Position numbers and translations under genes: made by a program
The notes under the pieces: model-generated
The model's input: only the letters and a program-made list of their open reading frames with translations
The model's database searches: none
Told to the model about the DNA's origin: nothing
In this document: positions 13,901 to 26,990 of the stretch, in pieces
Layout: every line of letters starts with the position of its first letter
How positions within the stretch are numbered: the stretch's first letter is position 1
Assembly: GCA_964016885.1 (NCBI GenBank)
Contig: OZ024749.1
Location: 10,106,001 to 10,170,000, forward strand
Length of the DNA: 64,000 nucleotides
Direction of reading: 5' to 3'
From: Eledone cirrhosa
Taxonomy: Eukaryota

Positions 13901-16900
13901 CTTGAGTCAGACTTTAGACCCAGTCCTCACTCTCCTTCTTGGGGCTAGATTCAGACTTTAGACCCAGTCCTCACTCTCCTCCTTGGGGCTTGGGTTAGAC
14001 ATTAGACCCAGTCCTCACTCTCCTTCTTGGGGCTTGAGTCAGACTTTAGACCCAGTCCCCACTCTCCTCCTTGGGGCTGGAATCAGATTTTAGATCCAGT
14101 CCTCACTCTCCTTCTTGGGGCTTGAGTCAGATTTTAGACCCAGTCTTCACTCTCCTCCTTGGGGCTTGAGTCAGACTTTAGACCCAGTCCTCACTCTCCT
14201 CCTTGGAACTTGAGTCCGACTTTAGACCCAATGCTGACGCTCCTCCTTGGGGCTTGAGTTAGACTTTAGACCCAGTCGTCACTCTCCTCCTTGGGGCTTG
14301 GGTCAGACTTTAGACTTTAGATCCAGTCCTCACTCTCCTTGGGGCTATAGTTAGACTTTAGATCCAGTCTTCACTCTCCTCCTTGGGGCTTGAGTTAGAC
14401 TTTAGACTTTAGACCCAGTCCTCACTCACCTCCTTGGGACTTGAGTCAGATTTTAGACCCAATCCTCACTCTCTTCCTTGGGGCTTGGGTCAGACTTTAG
14501 ACCCAGTCCTCACTCTCCTCCTTGGCGCTTGAGTTAGACTTTAGACCCAGTCCTCACTCTCCTCCTTGGGGCTTGAGTCAGACTTTAGACCCAGTCCTCA
14601 CTCTCCTTGGGGCTTGAGTCAGACTTTAGACTTTAGACTCAGTCCTCACTCTCCTTCTTGGTGTTTGAGTCAGACTTTAGACTTTAGACCCAGTCCTCAC
14701 TCTCCTCCTTGGGGCTTGAGGTAGACTTTAGACCCAGTCCTCACTCTCCTCCTTGGGGCTTGAGTTAGACTTTAGACCCAGTCCTCACTCTCCTCCTTGG
14801 GGCTTGAGTCAGACTTTAGACCCAGTCCTCACTCTCCTCCTTGGGGCTTGAGTTAAACTTTAGACTTTAGACCCAGTCCTCACTCTCCTTCTTGGGGCTT
14901 GAGTCAGACTTTAGACCCAGTCCTCACTCTCATTCTTGGGGCTAGAGTCAGACTTTAGACCCAGCCCTCACTCACCTCCTTGGAGCTTGAGTTAGACTTT
15001 AGACCCAGTCGTCACTCTCTTCCTTGGGGCTTGGGTCAGACTTTAGACTCAGTCCTCACTCTCCTCCTTGGGACTTGAGTCAGAATTTAGACCCAATCCT
15101 CACTCTCCTTCTTGGGGCTTGAGTCAGACTTTAGACCCAGTCCTCACTCTCCTTGGGGCTTGAGTCAGACTTTAGTCTTTAGACTCAGTCCTCACTCTTT
15201 TTCTTGGGGCTTGAGTCAGACTTTAGACCCAGTCCTCACCCTCCACCTTGAGACTTGAGTCAGACTTAGACCCAGTCCTCACTCTCCTCCTTGGGGCTTG
15301 AGTCAGACTTTAGACCCAGTCCTCACTCTCCTTGGGGCTTGAGTCAGACTTTAGACTTTAGACCCAGTCCTCACTCTCCTTGGGGCTTGAATCAGAATTT
15401 AGACTTTAGATCCAGTCCTCACTTTACTTGGGGCTATAGTTAGACTTTAGATCCAGTCTTCACTCTCCTCCTTCGGGCTTGAGTCAGACTTTAGACCCAC
15501 TCCTCACTCTCCTCCTTGGGCTTAAGTTAGACTTTAGACCCACTCCTCACTCTCCTCCTTGGGCTTAAGTCAGACTTTAGACCCAGTCCCCACTCTCCTC
15601 TTTGTGGCTTGAGTCAGACTTTAGACCCAGTCCTCACTCTCCTCCTTGGAACTTGAGTCAGACTTTAGACCCAATGCTGACGCTCCTCCTTGGGGCTTGA
15701 GTTAGACTTTAGACCCAGTCGTCACTCTCCTCCTTGGGGCTTGGGTCAGACTTTAGACTTTAGATCCAGTCCTCACTCTCCTTGGGGCTATAGTTAGACT
15801 TTAGATCCAGTCTTCACTCTCCTCCTTGGGGCTTGAGTCAGACTTTAGACCCAGTCGTCACTCTCCTCCTTGGAAATTGAGTTAGAGTTTAGACCCAGTC
15901 CTCACTCTCCTCCTTGGGGCTTGGGTCAGACTTTAGACTTTAGACCCAGTCCTCACTCTCCTCCTTGGGGCTTGAGTCAGACTTTAGATTTTAGACACAG
16001 TCCTCACTCTCCTTCTTGGGGCTTGAGTCAGGCTTTAGACCCAGTCCTCACTCTCCTCCTTGGAGCTTGAGTTAGACTTTAGACCCAGTCGTCACTCTCT
16101 TCCTTGGGGCTTGGGTCAGACTTTAGACTCAGTCCTCACTCTCCTCCTTGGGACTTGAGTCAGAATTTAGACCCAATCCTCACTCTCCTTCTTGGGGCTT
16201 GAGTCAGACTTTCGACCCAGTCCTCACTCTCCTTGGGGCTTGAGTCAGACTTTAGTCTTTAGACTCAGTCCTCACTCTCCTTCTTGGGGCTTGAGTCAGA
16301 CTTTAGACCCAGTCCTCACCCTCCACCTTGAGACTTGAGTCAGACTTTAGACCCAGTCCTCACTCACCTCCTTGGGACTTGAGTCAGATTTTAGACCCAA
16401 TCCTCACTCTCTTCCTTGGGGCTTGGGTCAGACTTTAGACCCAGTCCTCACTCTCCTCCTTGGCGCTTGAGTTAGACTTTAGACCCAGTCCTCACTCTCC
16501 TCCTTGGGGCTTGAGTCAGACTTTAGACCCAGTCCTCACTCTCCTTGGGGCTTGAGTCAGACTTTAGACTTTAGACTCAGTCCTCACTCTCCTTCTTGGT
16601 GTTTGAGTCAGACTTTAGACTTTAGACCCAGTCCTCACTCTCCTCCTTGGGGCTTGAGGTAGACTTTAGACCCAGTCCTCACTCTCCTCCTTGGGGCTTG
16701 AGTTAGACTTTAGACCCAGTCCTCACTCTCCTCCTTGGGGCTTGAGTCAGACTTTAGACCCAGTCCTCACTCTCCTCCTTGGGGCTTGAGTTAAACTTTA
16801 GACTTTAGACCCAGTCCTCACTCTCCTTCTTGGGGCTTGAGTCAGACTTTAGACCCAGTCCTCACTCTCATTCTTGGGGCTAGAGTCAGACTTTAGACCC

Positions 16901-19900
16901 AGCCCTCACTCACCTCCTTGGAGCTTGAGTTAGACTTTAGACCCAGTCGTCACTCTCTTCCTTGGGGCTTGGGTCAGACTTTAGACTCAGTCCTCACTCT
17001 CCTCCTTGGGACTTGAGTCAGAATTTAGACCCAATCCTCACTCTCCTTCTTGGGGCTTGAGTCAGACTTTAGACCCAGTCCTCACTCTCCTTGGGGCTTG
17101 AGTCAGACTTTAGTCTTTAGACTCAGTCCTCACTCTTTTTCTTGGGGCTTGAGTCAGACTTTAGACCCAGTCCTCACCCTCCACCTTGAGACTTGAGTCA
17201 GACTTAGACCCAGTCCTCACTCTCCTCCTTGGGGCTTGAGTCAGACTTTAGACCCAGTCCTCACTCTCCTTGGGGCTTGAGTCAGACTTTAGACTTTAGA
17301 CCCAGTCCTCACTCTCCTTGGGGCTTGAATCAGAATTTAGACTTTAGATCCAGTCCTCACTTTACTTGGGGCTATAGTTAGACTTTAGATCCAGTCTTCA
17401 CTCTCCTCCTTCGGGCTTGAGTCAGACTTTAGACCCACTCCTCACTCTCCTCCTTGGGCTTAAGTCAGACTTTAGACCCAGTCCCCACTCTCCTCTTTGT
17501 GGCTTGAGTCAGACTTTAGACCCAGTCCTCACTCTCCTCCTTGGAACTTGAGTCAGACTTTAGACCCAATGCTGACGCTCCTCCTTGGGGCTTGAGTTAG
17601 ACTTTAGACCCAGTCGTCACTCTCCTCCTTGGGGCTTGGGTCAGACTTTAGACTTTAGATCCAGTCCTCACTCTCCTTGGGGCTATAGTTAGACTTTAGA
17701 CCCAGTCCTCACTCTCCTCCTTGGGACTTGAGTCAGACTTTAGACCCAATCCTCACTCTCCTTCTTGGGGCTTGAATCAGACTTTAGACCCAGTCCTCAC
17801 TCTCTTCCTTGGGGCTTGAGTTAGACTTTAGACCCATTCCTCACTCTCCTCCTTGGGGCTTGAGTCAGACTTTAGACCCAGTCCTCACTCTCCTTGGGGC
17901 TTGAGTCAGACTTTAGACTTTAGACTCAGTCCTCACTCTCCTTCTTGGGGTTTGAGTCAGACTTTAGACTTGAGACCCAGTCCTCACTCTCCTCCTTGGG
18001 GCTTGAGCTAGACTTTAGACCCAGTCCTCACTCTCCTCCTTGGGGCTTGAGTTAGACTTTAGACCCAGTCCTCACTCTCCTCCTTGGGGCTTGAGTCAGA
18101 CTTTAGACCCAGTCCTCACTCTCCTCCTTGGGGCTTGAGTTAAACTTTAGACTTTAGACCCAGTCCTCACTCTCCTTCTTGGGGCTTGAGTCAGACTTTA
18201 GACCCAGTCCTCACTCTCCTTCTTGGGGCTTGAGTCAGACTTTAGACCCAGTCCTCAATCTCCTTCTTGGGGCTAGAGTCAGACTTTAGACCCAGCCCTC
18301 ACTCACCTCCTTGGAGCTTGAGTTAGACTTTAGACCCAGTCGTCACTCTCCTCCTTGGGCTTAAGTTAGACTTTAGACCCACTCCTCACTCTCCTCCTTG
18401 GGCTTAAGTCAGACTTTAGACCCAGTCCCCACTCTCCTCTTTGTGGCTTGAGTCAGAAATTAGACACAGTCCTCACTCTCCTCTTTGGGGATTGAGTTAG
18501 ACTTTAGACACAGTCCTCACTCTCCTCCTTGGGGCTTGAGTCAGACTTTAGACCCAGTCTTCACTCTCCTTGGGGCTTGAGTCAGACTTTAGATTCTAGA
18601 CACAGTCCTCACTCTCCTTCTTGAGGCTTGAATCAGACTTTAGACCCAGTCCTCACTCTCCTTCTTGGGGCTTGAGTCAGACTTTAGACCCAGTCCTCAC
18701 TCTCCTTCTTCGGGCTTCAGTCATACTTTAGACCCAGTCCTCACTCTCCTTTTTGGGGCTTGAGTCAGACTTTAGACCCAGTCCTCACTCTCCTTCTTGG
18801 GGCTAGAGTCAGACTTTAGACCCAGTCCTCACTCTCCTCCTTGGAACTTGAGTTAGAGTTTAGACCCAGTCCTCACTCTCCTCCTTGGGGCTTGGGTCAG
18901 ACTTTAGACTTTAGACCCAGTCCTCACTCTCCTCCTTGGGGCTTGAGTCAGACTTTAGACCCACTCCTCATTCTCCTCCTTGGGCTTAAGTTAGACTTTA
19001 GACCCACTCCTCACTCTCCTCCTTGGGCTTAAGTCAGACTTTAGACCCAGTCCCCACTCTCCTCTTTGTGGCTTGAGTCAGAAATTAGACACAGTCCTCA
19101 CTCTCCTCTTTGGGGATTGAGTTAGACTTTAGACACAGTCCTCACTCTCCTCCTTGGGGCTTGAGTCAGACTTTAGACCCAGTCTTCACTCTCCTTGGGG
19201 CTTGAGTCAGACTTTAGATTTTAGACACAGTCCTCACTCTCCTTCTTGGGGCTTGAATCAGACTTTAGACTTTAGACCCAGTCCTCACTCTCCTTCTTGG
19301 GGCTTGAGTCAGGCTTTAGACCCAGTCCTCACTCTCCTTCTTGGGGCTTCAGTCATACTTTAGACCCAGTCCTCACTCTCATTCTTGGGGCTTGAGTCAG
19401 ACTTTAGACCCAGTCCTCACTCTCCTTCTTGGGGCTAGATTCAGACTTTAGACCCAGTCCTCACTCTCCTCCTTGGGGCTTGGGTTAGACATTAGACCCA
19501 GTCCTCACTCTCCTTCTTGGGGCTTGAGTCAGACTTTAGACCAAAGTCCCCACTCTCCTCCTTGGGGCTGGAATCAGATTTTAGATCCAGTCCTCACTCT
19601 CCTTCTTGGGGCTTGAGTCAGATTTTAGACCCAGTCTTCACTCTCCTCCTTGGGGCTTGAGTCAGACTTTAGACCCAGTCCTCACTCTCCTCCTTGGAAC
19701 TTGAGTCCGACTTTAGACCCAATGCTGACGCTCCTCCTTGGGGCTTGAGTTAGACTTTAGACCCAGTCGTCACTCTCCTCCTTGGGGCTTGGGTCAGACT
19801 TTAGACTTTAGATCCAGTCCTCACTCTCCTTGGGGCTATAGTTAGACTTTAGATCCAGTCTTCACTCTCCTCCTTGGGGCTTGAGTTAGACTTTAGACTT

Positions 19901-21740
19901 TAGACCCAGTCCTCACTCACCTCCTTGGGACTTGAGTCAGATTTTAGACCCAATCCTCACTCTCTTCCTTGGGGCTTGGGTCAGACTTTAGACCCAGTCC
20001 TCACTCTCCTCCTTGGCGCTTGAGTTAGACTTTAGACCCAGTCCTCACTCTCCTCCTTGGGGCTTGAGTCAGACTTTAGACCCAGTCCTCACTCTCCTCC
20101 TTGGGGCTTGAGGTAGACTTTAGACCCAGTCCTCACTCTCCTCCTTGGGGCTTGAGTTAGACTTTAGACCCAGTCCTCACTCTCCTCCTTGGGGCTTGAG
20201 TCAGACTTTAGACCCAGTCCTCACTCTCCTCCTTGGGGCTTGAGTTAAACTTTAGACTTTAGACCCAGTCCTCACTCTCCTTCTTGGGGCTTGAGTCAGA
20301 CTTTAGACCCAGTCCTCACTCTCATTCTTGGGGCTAGAGTCAGACTTTAGACCCAGCCCTCACTCACCTCCTTGGAGCTTGAGTTAGACTTTAGACCCAG
20401 TCGTCACTCTCTTCCTTGGGGCTTGGGTCAGACTTTAGACTCAGTCCTCACTCTCCTCCTTGGGACTTGAGTCAGAATTTAGACCCAATCCTCACTCTCC
20501 TTCTTGGGGCTTGAGTCAGACTTTAGACCCAGTCCTCACTCTCCTTGGGGCTTGAGTCAGACTTTAGTCTTTAGACTCAGTCCTCACTCTTTTTCTTGGG
20601 GCTTGAGTCAGACTTTAGACCCAGTCCTCACCCTCCACCTTGAGACTTGAGTCAGACTTAGACCCAGTCCTCACTCTCCTCCTTGGGGCTTGAGTCAGAC
20701 TTTAGACCCAGTCCTCACTCTCCTTGGGGCTTGAGTCAGACTTTAGACTTTAGACCCAGTCCTCACTCTCCTTGGGGCTTGAATCAGAATTTAGACTTTA
20801 GATCCAGTCCTCACTTTACTTGGGGCTATAGTTAGACTTTAGATCCAGTCTTCACTCTCCTCCTTCGGGCTTGAGTCAGACTTTAGACCCACTCCTCACT
20901 CTCCTCCTTGGGCTTAAGTTAGACTTTAGACCCACTCCTCACTCTCCTCCTTGGGCTTAAGTCAGACTTTAGACCCAGTCCCCACTCTCCTCTTTGTGGC
21001 TTGAGTCAGACTTTAGACCCAGTCCTCACTCTCCTCCTTGGAACTTGAGTCAGACTTTAGACCCAATGCTGACGCTCCTCCTTGGGGCTTGAGTTAGACT
21101 TTAGACCCAGTCGTCACTCTCCTCCTTGGGGCTTGGGTCAGACTTTAGACTTTAGATCCAGTCCTCACTCTCCTTGGGGCTATAGTTAGACTTTAGATCC
21201 AGTCTTCACTCTCCTCCTTGGGGCTTGAGTCAGACTTTAGACCCAGTCGTCACTCTCCTCCTTGGAAATTGAGTTAGAGTTTAGACCCAGTCCTCACTCT
21301 CCTCCTTGGGGCTTGGGTCAGACTTTAGACTTTAGACCCAGTCCTCACTCTCCTCCTTGGGGCTTGAGTCAGACTTTAGATTTTATACACAGTCCTCACT
21401 CTCCTTCTTGGGGCTTGAGTCAGGCTTTAGACCCAGTCCTCACTCTCCTCCTTGGAGCTTGAGTTAGACTTTAGACCCAGTCGTCACTCTCTTCCTTGGG
21501 GCTTGGGTCAGACTTTAGACTCAGTCCTCACTCTCCTCCTTGGGACTTGAGTCAGAATTTAGACCCAATCCTCACTCTCCTTCTTGGGGCTTGAGTCAGA
21601 CTTTCGACCCAGTCCTCACTCTCCTTGGGGCTTGAGTCAGACTTTAGTCTTTAGACTCAGTCCTCACTCTCCTTCTTGGGGCTTGAGTCAGACTTTAGAC
21701 CCAGTCCTCACCCTCCACCTTGAGACTTGAGTCAGACTTT
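10955..21740 (+). repeat. Higher-order tandem duplication of about 5.4 kb (about 10955-16350 and 16350-21740)
   Basis: Variant TTGGCGCTT at 11066/16464 (offset 5398); ORF entries 13351/18841 (5490) and 15870/21262 (5392). Offset changes equal whole monomers (+92 = 44+48; -99 = 48+51) plus a 1-bp insertion. Confidence 0.85.
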
Positions 21741-24700
21741 AGACCCAGTCCTCACTCTCCTCCTTGGGGCTTGAGTCAGACTTTAGACCCAGTCCTCACT
21801 CTCCTCCTTGGGTCTTGAGTTAGACTTTAGACCCAGTCCTCACTCTCCTTGGGGCTTGAGTCAGACTTTAGACTTTAGACCAAGTCCTCACTCTCCTTGG
21901 GGCTTGAGTCAGAATTTAGACTTTAGATCCAGTCCTCACTTTCCTTGGTGCTATAGTTAGACTTTAGATCCAGTCTTCACTGTCCTCCTTGGGGCTTGAG
22001 TCAGACTTTAGACCCACTACTCACTCTCCTCCTTGGAACTTGAGTTAGAGTTTAGACCCAGTCCTCACTCTCCTCCTTGGGACTTGGGTCAGACTTTAGA
22101 CTTTAGACCCAGTCCTCACTCTCCTCCTTGGGCTTAAGTTAGACTTTAGACCCACTCCTCACTCTCCTCCTTGGGCTTAAGTCAGACTTTAGACCCAGTC
22201 CCCACTCTCCTCTTTGTGGCTTGAGTCAGAAGTTAGACACAGTCCTCACTCTCCTCTTTGGGGATTGAGTTAGACTTTAGACACAGTCCTCACTCTCCTC
22301 CTTGGGACTTGAGTCAGACTTTAGACCCAATCCTCACTCTCCTTCTTGGGGCTTGAATCAGACTTTAGACCCAGTCCTCACTCTCTTCCTTGGGGCTTGA
22401 GTTAGACTTTAGACCCATTCCTCACTCTCCTCCTTGGGGCTTGAGTCAGACTTTAGACCCAGTCCTCACTCTCCTTGGGGCTTGAGTCAGACTTTAGACT
22501 TTAGACTCAGTCCTCACTCTCCTTCTTGGGGTTTGAGTCAGACTTTAGACTTGAGACCCAGTCCTCACTCTCCTCCTTGGGGCTTGAGCTAGACTTTAGA
22601 CCCAGTCCTCACTCTCCTCCTTGGGGCTTGAGTTAGACTTTAGACCCAGTCCTCACTCTCCTCCTTGGGGCTTGAGTCAGACTTTAGACCCAGTCCTCAC
22701 TCTCCTCCTTGGGGCTTGAGTTAAACTTTAGACTTTAGACCCAGTCCTCACTCTCCTTCTTGGGGCTTGAGTCAGACTTTAGACCCAGTCCTCACTCTCC
22801 TTCTTGGGGCTTGAGTCAGACTTTAGACCCAGTCCTCAATCTCCTTCTTGGGGCTAGAGTCAGACTTTAGACCCAGCCCTCACTCACCTCCTTGGAGCTT
22901 GAGTTAGACTTTAGACCCAGTCGTCACTCTCCTCCTTGGGCTTAAGTTAGACTTTAGACCCACTCCTCACTCTCCTCCTTGGGCTTAAGTCAGACTTTAG
23001 ACCCAGTCCCCACTCTCCTCTTTGTGGCTTGAGTCAGAAATTAGACACAGTCCTCACTCTCCTCTTTGGGGATTGAGTTAGACTTTAGACACAGTCCTCA
23101 CTCTCCTCCTTGGGGCTTGAGTCAGACTTTAGACCCAGTCTTCACTCTCCTTGGGGCTTGAGTCAGACTTTAGATTCTAGACACAGTCCTCACTCTCCTT
23201 CTTGGGGCTTGAATCAGACTTTAGACCCAGTCCTCACTCTCCTTCTTGGGGCTTGAGTCAGACTTTAGACCCAGTCCTCACTCTCCTTCTTCGGGCTTCA
23301 GTCATACTTTAGACCCAGTCCTCACTCTCCTTTTTGGGGCTTGAGTCAGACTTTAGACCCAGTCCTCACTCTCCTTCTTGGGGCTAGAGTCAGACTTTAG
23401 ACCCAGTCCTCACTCTCCTCCTTGGAACTTGAGTTAGAGTTTAGACCCAGTCCTCACTCTCCTCCTTGGGGCTTGGGTCAGACTTTAGACTTTAGACCCA
23501 GTCCTCACTCTCCTCCTTGGGGCTTGAGTCAGACTTTAGACCCACTCCTCATTCTCCTCCTTGGGCTTAAGTTAGACTTTAGACCCACTCCTCACTCTCC
23601 TCCTTGGGCTTAAGTCAGACTTTAGACCCAGTCCCCACTCTCCTCTTTGTGGCTTGAGTCAGAAATTAGACACAGTCCTCACTCTCCTCTTTGGGGATTG
23701 AGTTAGACTTTAGACACAGTCCTCACTCTCCTCCTTGGGGCTTGAGTCAGACTTTAGACCCAGTCTTCACTCTCCTTGGGGCTTGAGTCAGACTTTAGAT
23801 TTTAGACACAGTCCTCACTCTCCTTCTTGGGGCTTGAATCAGACTTTAGACTTTAGACCCAGTCCTCACTCTCCTTCTTGGGGCTTGAGTCAGGCTTTAG
23901 ACCCAGTCCTCACTCTCCTTCTTGGGGCTTCAGTCATACTTTAGACCCAGTCCTCACTCTCATTCTTGGGGCTTGAGTCAGACTTTAGACCCAGTCCTCA
24001 CTCTCCTTCTTGGGGCTAGATTCAGACTTTAGACCCAGTCCTCACTCTCCTCCTTGGGGCTTGGGTTAGACATTAGACCCAGTCCTCACTCTCCTTCTTG
24101 GGGCTTGAGTCAGACTTTAGACCCAGTCCCCACTCTCCTCCTTGGGGCTGGAATCAGATTTTAGATCCAGTCCTCACTCTCCTTCTTGGGGCTTGAGTCA
24201 GATTTTAGACCCAGTCTTCACTCTCCTCCTTGGGGCTTGAGTCAGACTTTAGACCCAGTCCTCACTCTCCTCCTTGGAACTTGAGTCCGACTTTAGACCC
24301 AATGCTGACGCTCCTCCTTGGGGCTTGAGTTAGACTTTAGACCCAGTCGTCACTCTCCTCCTTGGGGCTTGGGTCAGACTTTAGACTTTAGATCCAGTCC
24401 TCACTCTCCTTGGGGCTATAGTTAGACTTTAGATCCAGTCTTCACTCTCCTCCTTGGGGCTTGAGTTAGACTTTAGACTTTAGACCCAGTCCTCACTCAC
24501 CTCCTTGGGACTTGAGTCAGATTTTAGACCCAATCCTCACTCTCTTCCTTGGGGCTTGGGTCAGACTTTAGACCCAGTCCTCACTCTCCTCCTTGGCGCT
24601 TGAGTTAGACTTTAGACCCAGTCCTCACTCTCCTCCTTGGGGCTTGAGTCAGACTTTAGACCCAGTCCTCACTCTCCTTGGGGCTTGAGTCAGACTTTAG

Positions 24701-26990
24701 ACTTTAGACTCAGTCCTCACTCTCCTTCTTGGTGTTTGAGTCAGACTTTAGACTTTAGACCCAGTCCTCACTCTCCTCCTTGGGGCTTGAGGTAGACTTT
24801 AGACCCAGTCCTCACTCTCCTCCTTGGGGCTTGAGTTAGACTTTAGACCCAGTCCTCACTCTCCTCCTTGGGGCTTGAGTCAGACTTTAGACCCAGTCCT
24901 CACTCTCCTCCTTGGGGCTTGAGTTAAACTTTAGACTTTAGACCCAGTCCTCACTCTCCTTCTTGGGGCTTGAGTCAGACTTTAGACCCAGTCCTCACGC
25001 TCATTCTTGGGGCTAGAGTCAGACTTTAGACCCAGCCCTCACTCACCTCCTTGGAGCTTGAGTTAGACTTTAGACCCAGTCGTCACTCTCTTCCTTGGGG
25101 CTTGGGTCAGACTTTAGACTCAGTCCTCACTCTCCTCCTTGGGACTTGAGTCAGAATTTAGACCCAATCCTCACTCTCCTTCTTGGGGCTTGAGTCAGAC
25201 TTTAGACCCAGTCCTCACTCTCCTTGGGGCTTGAGTCAGACTTTAGTCTTTAAACTCAGTCCTCACTCTTTTTCTTGGGGCTTGAGTCAGACTTTAGACC
25301 CAGTCCTCACCCTCCACCTTGAGACTTGAGTCAGACTTAGACCCAGTCCTCACTCTCCTCCTTGGGGCTTGAGTCAGACTTTAGACCCAGTCCTCACTCT
25401 CCTTGGGGCTTGAGTCAGACTTTAGACTTTAGACCCAGTCCTCACTCTCCTTGGGGCTTGAATCAGAATTTAGACTTTAGATCCAGTCCTCACTTTTCTT
25501 GGGGCTATAGTTAGACTTTAGATCCAGTCTTCACTCTCCTCCTTCGGGCTTGAGTCAGACTTTAGACCCACTCCTCACTCTCCTCCTTGGGCTTAAGTTA
25601 GACTTTAGACCCACTCCTCACTCTCCTCCTTGGGCTTAAGTCAGACTTTAGACCCAGTCCCCACTCTCCTCTTTGTGGCTTGAGTCAGACTTTAGACCCA
25701 GTCCTCACTCTCCTCCTTGGAACTTGAGTCAGACTTTAGACCCAATGCTGACGCTCCTCCTTGGGGCTTGAGTTAGACTTTAGACCCAGTCGTCACTCTC
25801 CTCCTTGGGGCTTGGGTCAGACTTTAGACTTTAGATCCAGTCCTCACTCTCCTTGGGGCTATAGTTAGACTTTAGATCCAGTCTTCACTCTCCTCCTTGG
25901 GGCTTGAGTCAGACTTTAGACCCAGTCGTCACTCTCCTCCTTGGAAATTGAGTTAGAGTTTAGACCCAGTCCTCACTCTCCTCCTTGGGGCTTGGGTCAG
26001 ACTTTAGACTTTAGACCCAGTCCTCACTCTCCTCCTTGGGGCTTGAGTCAGACTTTAGATTTTAGACACAGTCCTCACTCTCCTTCTTGGGGCTTGAGTC
26101 AGGCTTTAGACCCAGTCCTCACTCTCCTCCTTGGAGCTTGAGTTAGACTTTAGACCCAGTCGTCACTCTCTTCCTTGGGGCTTGGGTCAGACTTTAGACT
26201 CAGTCCTCACTCTCCTCCTTGGGACTTGAGTCAGAATTTAGACCCAATCCTCACTCTCCTTCTTGGGGCTTGAGTCAGACTTTCGACCCAGTCCTCACTC
26301 TCCTTGGGGCTTGAGTCAGACTTTAGTCTTTAGACTCAGTCCTCACTCTCCTTCTTGGGGCTTGAGTCAGACTTTAGACCCAGTCCTCACCCTCCACCTT
26401 GAGACTTGAGTCAGACTTTAGACCCAGTCCTCACTCTCCTCCTTGGGGCTTGAGTCAGACTTTAGACCCAGTCCTCACTCTCCTCCTTGGGTCTTGAGTT
26501 AGAGTTTAGACCCAGTCCTCACTCTCCTTGGGGCTTGAGTCAGACTTTAGACTTTAGACCAAGTCCTCACTCTCCTTGGGGCTTGAGTCAGAATTTAGAC
26601 TTTAGATCCAGTCCTCACTTTCCTTGGTGCTATAGTTAGACTTTAGATCCAGTCTTCACTGTCCTCCTTGGGGCTTGAGTCAGACTTTAGACCCACTACT
26701 CACTCTCCTCCTTGGAACTTGAGTTAGAGTTTAGACCCAGTCCTCACTCTCCTCCTTGGGACTTGGGTCAGACTTTAGACTTTAGACCCAGTCCTCACTC
26801 TCCTCCTTGGGCTTAAGTTAGACTTTAGACCCACTCCTCACTCTCCTCCTTGGGCTTAAGTCAGACTTTAGACCCAGTCCCCACTCTCCTCTTTGTGGCT
26901 TGAGTCAGAAGTTAGACACAGTCCTCACTCTCCTCTTTGGGGATTGAGTTAGACTTTAGACACAGTCCTCACTCTCCTCCTTGGGACTTG
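17700..26990 (+). repeat. Higher-order tandem duplication of about 4.6-4.7 kb (about 17700-22300 and 22300-26990), overlapping the previous block
   Basis: ORF entries 18841/23422 (offset 4581) and 21262/25941 (4679). Rare variants GACCAAGTCC, CCCACTACTC and AGAAGTTAG occur near 21880-22230 and again near 26560-26910. Confidence 0.85.
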